From positions 56,298,001 through 56,362,000 of the forward strand of contig CM059438.1 of NCBI GenBank assembly GCA_030390025.1: a DNA stretch of 64,000 nt, in the 5' to 3' direction. The DNA comes from Squalus acanthias (taxonomy: Eukaryota). Numbering within the stretch: position 1 is the stretch's first letter; the number at the start of each line of letters is the position of its first letter. The translations under genes were made by a program, and so were the position numbers. Positions 61,425 through 64,000 of the stretch are shown here, one piece after another. The notes below the pieces were generated by a model. That model did not search any database. It was not told the origin of the DNA and worked only from the letters and a program-made list of their open reading frames with translations.

Positions 61425-63609
61425 TCATAGAAAGATACAGCACAGAAGGAGCCCATTCGGCCCATCGTGCCTGTTTTGGCTCTTTGAAGGAGCTCTCCAC
61501 TTAGTCCCACTCCTCTGCTCTTTCCCCATAGGCCTGCAATGTTTTCCCCTTCAAGTATTTATCCAATTCCCTTTTGAAAGTTATTATTGAATCTGCTTCC
61601 ACCGCCCTTTCAGTCAGTGCGTTCCAGATCACAACAACTCATTGCTAAAAGAATTCTCCGCATCTCCCCTCTGGTTCTTTTGCCAATGATCTTAAATCTG
61701 TGTCCACTGGTTACCGACCCTCAAAGCCCCTCATAATTTTGAACACCTCTATTAAATCTCCCCGTAACCTTCTCTGCTCTAAGGAGAACAATCCCAGCTT
61801 CTCCCATCTCTCCACATAACTGAAGTCCCTCATCCCTGATACCATTCTGGTAAATCTCCTCTGCACCCTCTCCAAGGTCTTGATAGCCTTCCTAATGTGC
61901 GGTGGCCAGAATTGAACACAATACTCCAGCTGGGGGCTGACCAGTGATTTATAAAGTTTTAGCATAACTTCCTTGCTTTTGTACTCTATTCCTCTATTAA
62001 CAAAGCCAAGGATCCTGTATGATTTTTTTAACAGCCTTCTCAACTTGTCCTGCCACTTTCAAAGATTTGTGTACAGACACCCCCAGGTCTCTCTATTCCT
62101 GCACTCCCTTTAAAATTGTACCATTTAGTTTATATTGCTTCTCCTCATTCTTCCTTCCCAAATGCATCACTTCACACTTCTCAGCATTAAATTTCATCTG
62201 CGACGTGTCTGCCCATTTCACCAGTCTGTCTATGTCCTCCTGAAGTCTGAAACTATCCTCCTCACTGTTTAGTACATTTCTGAGTTTTGTTTCATCTGAA
62301 AACTTTAAAATTATGCCCTGTATACCCAAGTCCAGTTTATTAATATATATCAAAAAGAGCAGTGGTCCCAACACCGACCCCTGGGAACACCACTGTATAC
62401 TTGCCTCTAGTCTGAACAACAACTGTTCATCGCTATTCTCTGCTTTCTGTCCCTTGGCCAATTTTGTATCCACGCTACCACTGTCCCTTTAATCCCATGG
62501 GCTTTAATTTTGCTAACAAGCCTATTGTGTGCTACTTTATCAAACGCATCATTGAAAGTCCATATACACAACATCAACTGCACTACCCTCATCAACCCTC
62601 TCCGTTACTTCATCAAAGAACTCAATCAAGTTTGTCAGACATGATTTGCCTTTAACAAATCCATGTTGGCTGTCATTTATTGACCCACGGTTTTCCAAGT
62701 GGCAATTAATTTGTCCCAGATTATTGTCTCTAAAAGTTTCCCCACCACCGACGTTAGGCTGACTGACCTGTAGTTACCGGGTTTATCCCTTACTTCCCTC
62801 AGCAACCTAGGATGCAGCCCATCCGGACCTGGTGACTTTTTTACTTTGAGCACTGCCAACCTTTTAAGAACCTCCTCTTTATCTATTTTTATCCTATCCA
62901 ATATCGCTACTGCCTCCTCCTTTACTGCTCCAGTGGCAGCATCTTCTTCTTTTGTGAAGACAGAAGCAAAGTCCTCATTTAGTACCTCAGACATGCCCTC
63001 TGCCTTCACAAGAAGATCTCCTTTTTGGTTCCCAATCAGCCCCACCCTTCCTTTGACTATCTTTTTACAAGTCATATGTTTATAAAAGACTTTAGTGTTC
63101 TCTTTTAGGATACCCGCTCATAGATTCTCTTTGCCTCCCATTAGTTCCTTTTTCAGTTCTCCTCTGTATCTTCTGTATTCTGTCTGATTTCCTTCTGTAT
63201 TATGAATCTGACATTGATCACAAGCCTCCTTTCTTTGTTTCATTTTAACCTCTATATCTTTCGTCATCCAGGGAGCTTCCTTTTCCCATCATAGTAATGT
63301 ATTTAGTCTGTACCCGAACTATCTCCTCTTTGAAGGCCTCCCATTGCTCATTTACTGTTTGCCTGTCAATCTTTGATTCCAACCCACCGAGGCCTGATCC
63401 CTTTCAACTCACTGAAATTAGCCCTCCTCCGGCTGAGTATTTTCACATTTGATTGTTCCTTGTACTTTTCCATAACTATTCTAAACCAAATGATATTGTG
63501 ATTACGGTTTCCCAAATGCTCCCCCACTGAAACATGCTCCAATTGCCCCACTTCATTCCCCAGAACACCAGTTCCAGCACTGCTTCCTTCCTCGTTGGGC
63601 TGGAAACAT
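61425..63609 (-). mobile_element. older degraded CR1 LINE (endonuclease end, RT, 3' UTR)
   Basis: Fragmented ORFs 61711-62043, 62093-62473, 62677-63075 and 63366-63626, with [24 protein letters not shown] and QGSVLGP motifs. Confidence 0.9.
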
Positions 63610-64000
63610 TTGAATAAAGAAACCACCTCATCTTTCGTTTAGGTACGCTACAGCCCTCTGGACTCAATATCGAGTTCAACAATTTTAGATCATAACCTCA
63701 GCCCCAATCACATTTATATTTTATTTTTTCATCCACTCTTTTGTTTGCCCGCCCCCCCCCCACTTTTTTTCCCTCCTAGAAGCTGGCAGCGGTCCTTCAT
63801 TCTGCCAGTGCATTTCACACTTCTTTTAGCCTTAACCTGTCACATTAACACCTCCTCTTGCCTTGATGTCTCTTAATGTCTCTTAATCTCTCCTTTTGTT
63901 CTTTCATCCCCTCCCCCTTTTCCCAGCTTTATCCTTGCCCTAAAACTATTTGATTTCCTGCTATTTCCAGTTCTGACGAAAGTTATACGACCTGAAACAT
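63610..64000 (+). mobile_element. Penelope-like 3' fragment with degenerate hammerhead core at the window edge
   Basis: HLIFRLGTLQPSGLNIEFNNFR, a pyrimidine-rich tract, then AGTT-CTGACGA...CCT-GAAACAT (63969-64000). Homologous to 26280-26670. Confidence 0.78.

Noticed and set aside
60312..64000. First coding exon or promoter of the transporter
   Set aside because: No ATG-bearing exon with a convincing donor was found, and the region is almost all LINE and Penelope sequence. The exon probably lies beyond the window.

Overview
Eukaryotic (vertebrate) genomic DNA, most likely from a cartilaginous fish judging by its repeat families (an inference). It is not prokaryotic and holds no CRISPR arrays or operons. 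The window carries eight consecutive minus-strand coding exons (60311 down to 25806) of a type II Na+/phosphate cotransporter gene. All have GT-AG boundaries with matching phases and splice into 1077 nt with no stop codon. Diagnostic motifs ([33 protein letters not shown]) point to slc34a3/NaPi-IIc rather than slc34a1/2. The first coding exon and the last exons were not found in the window. The introns are filled by tandem arrays: a >25.7 kb 20-bp array with higher-order structure, a 10 kb 33-bp array grown from a SINE segment, and 23-, 52- and 58-bp arrays. They also hold nested retroelements (CR1/L2-group LINEs, tRNA-SINEs, Penelope-like fragments with minimal hammerhead ribozymes) and Harbinger-like MITEs. 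Most ORFs in the track come from tandem repeats or LINE fragments. I found no convincing wholly novel system. The best leads are the intermediate electrogenicity signature of the transporter, the SINE-born satellite, a twin-priming-like inverted CR1 and the hammerheads. Reference sequences were compared from memory, not by database search.
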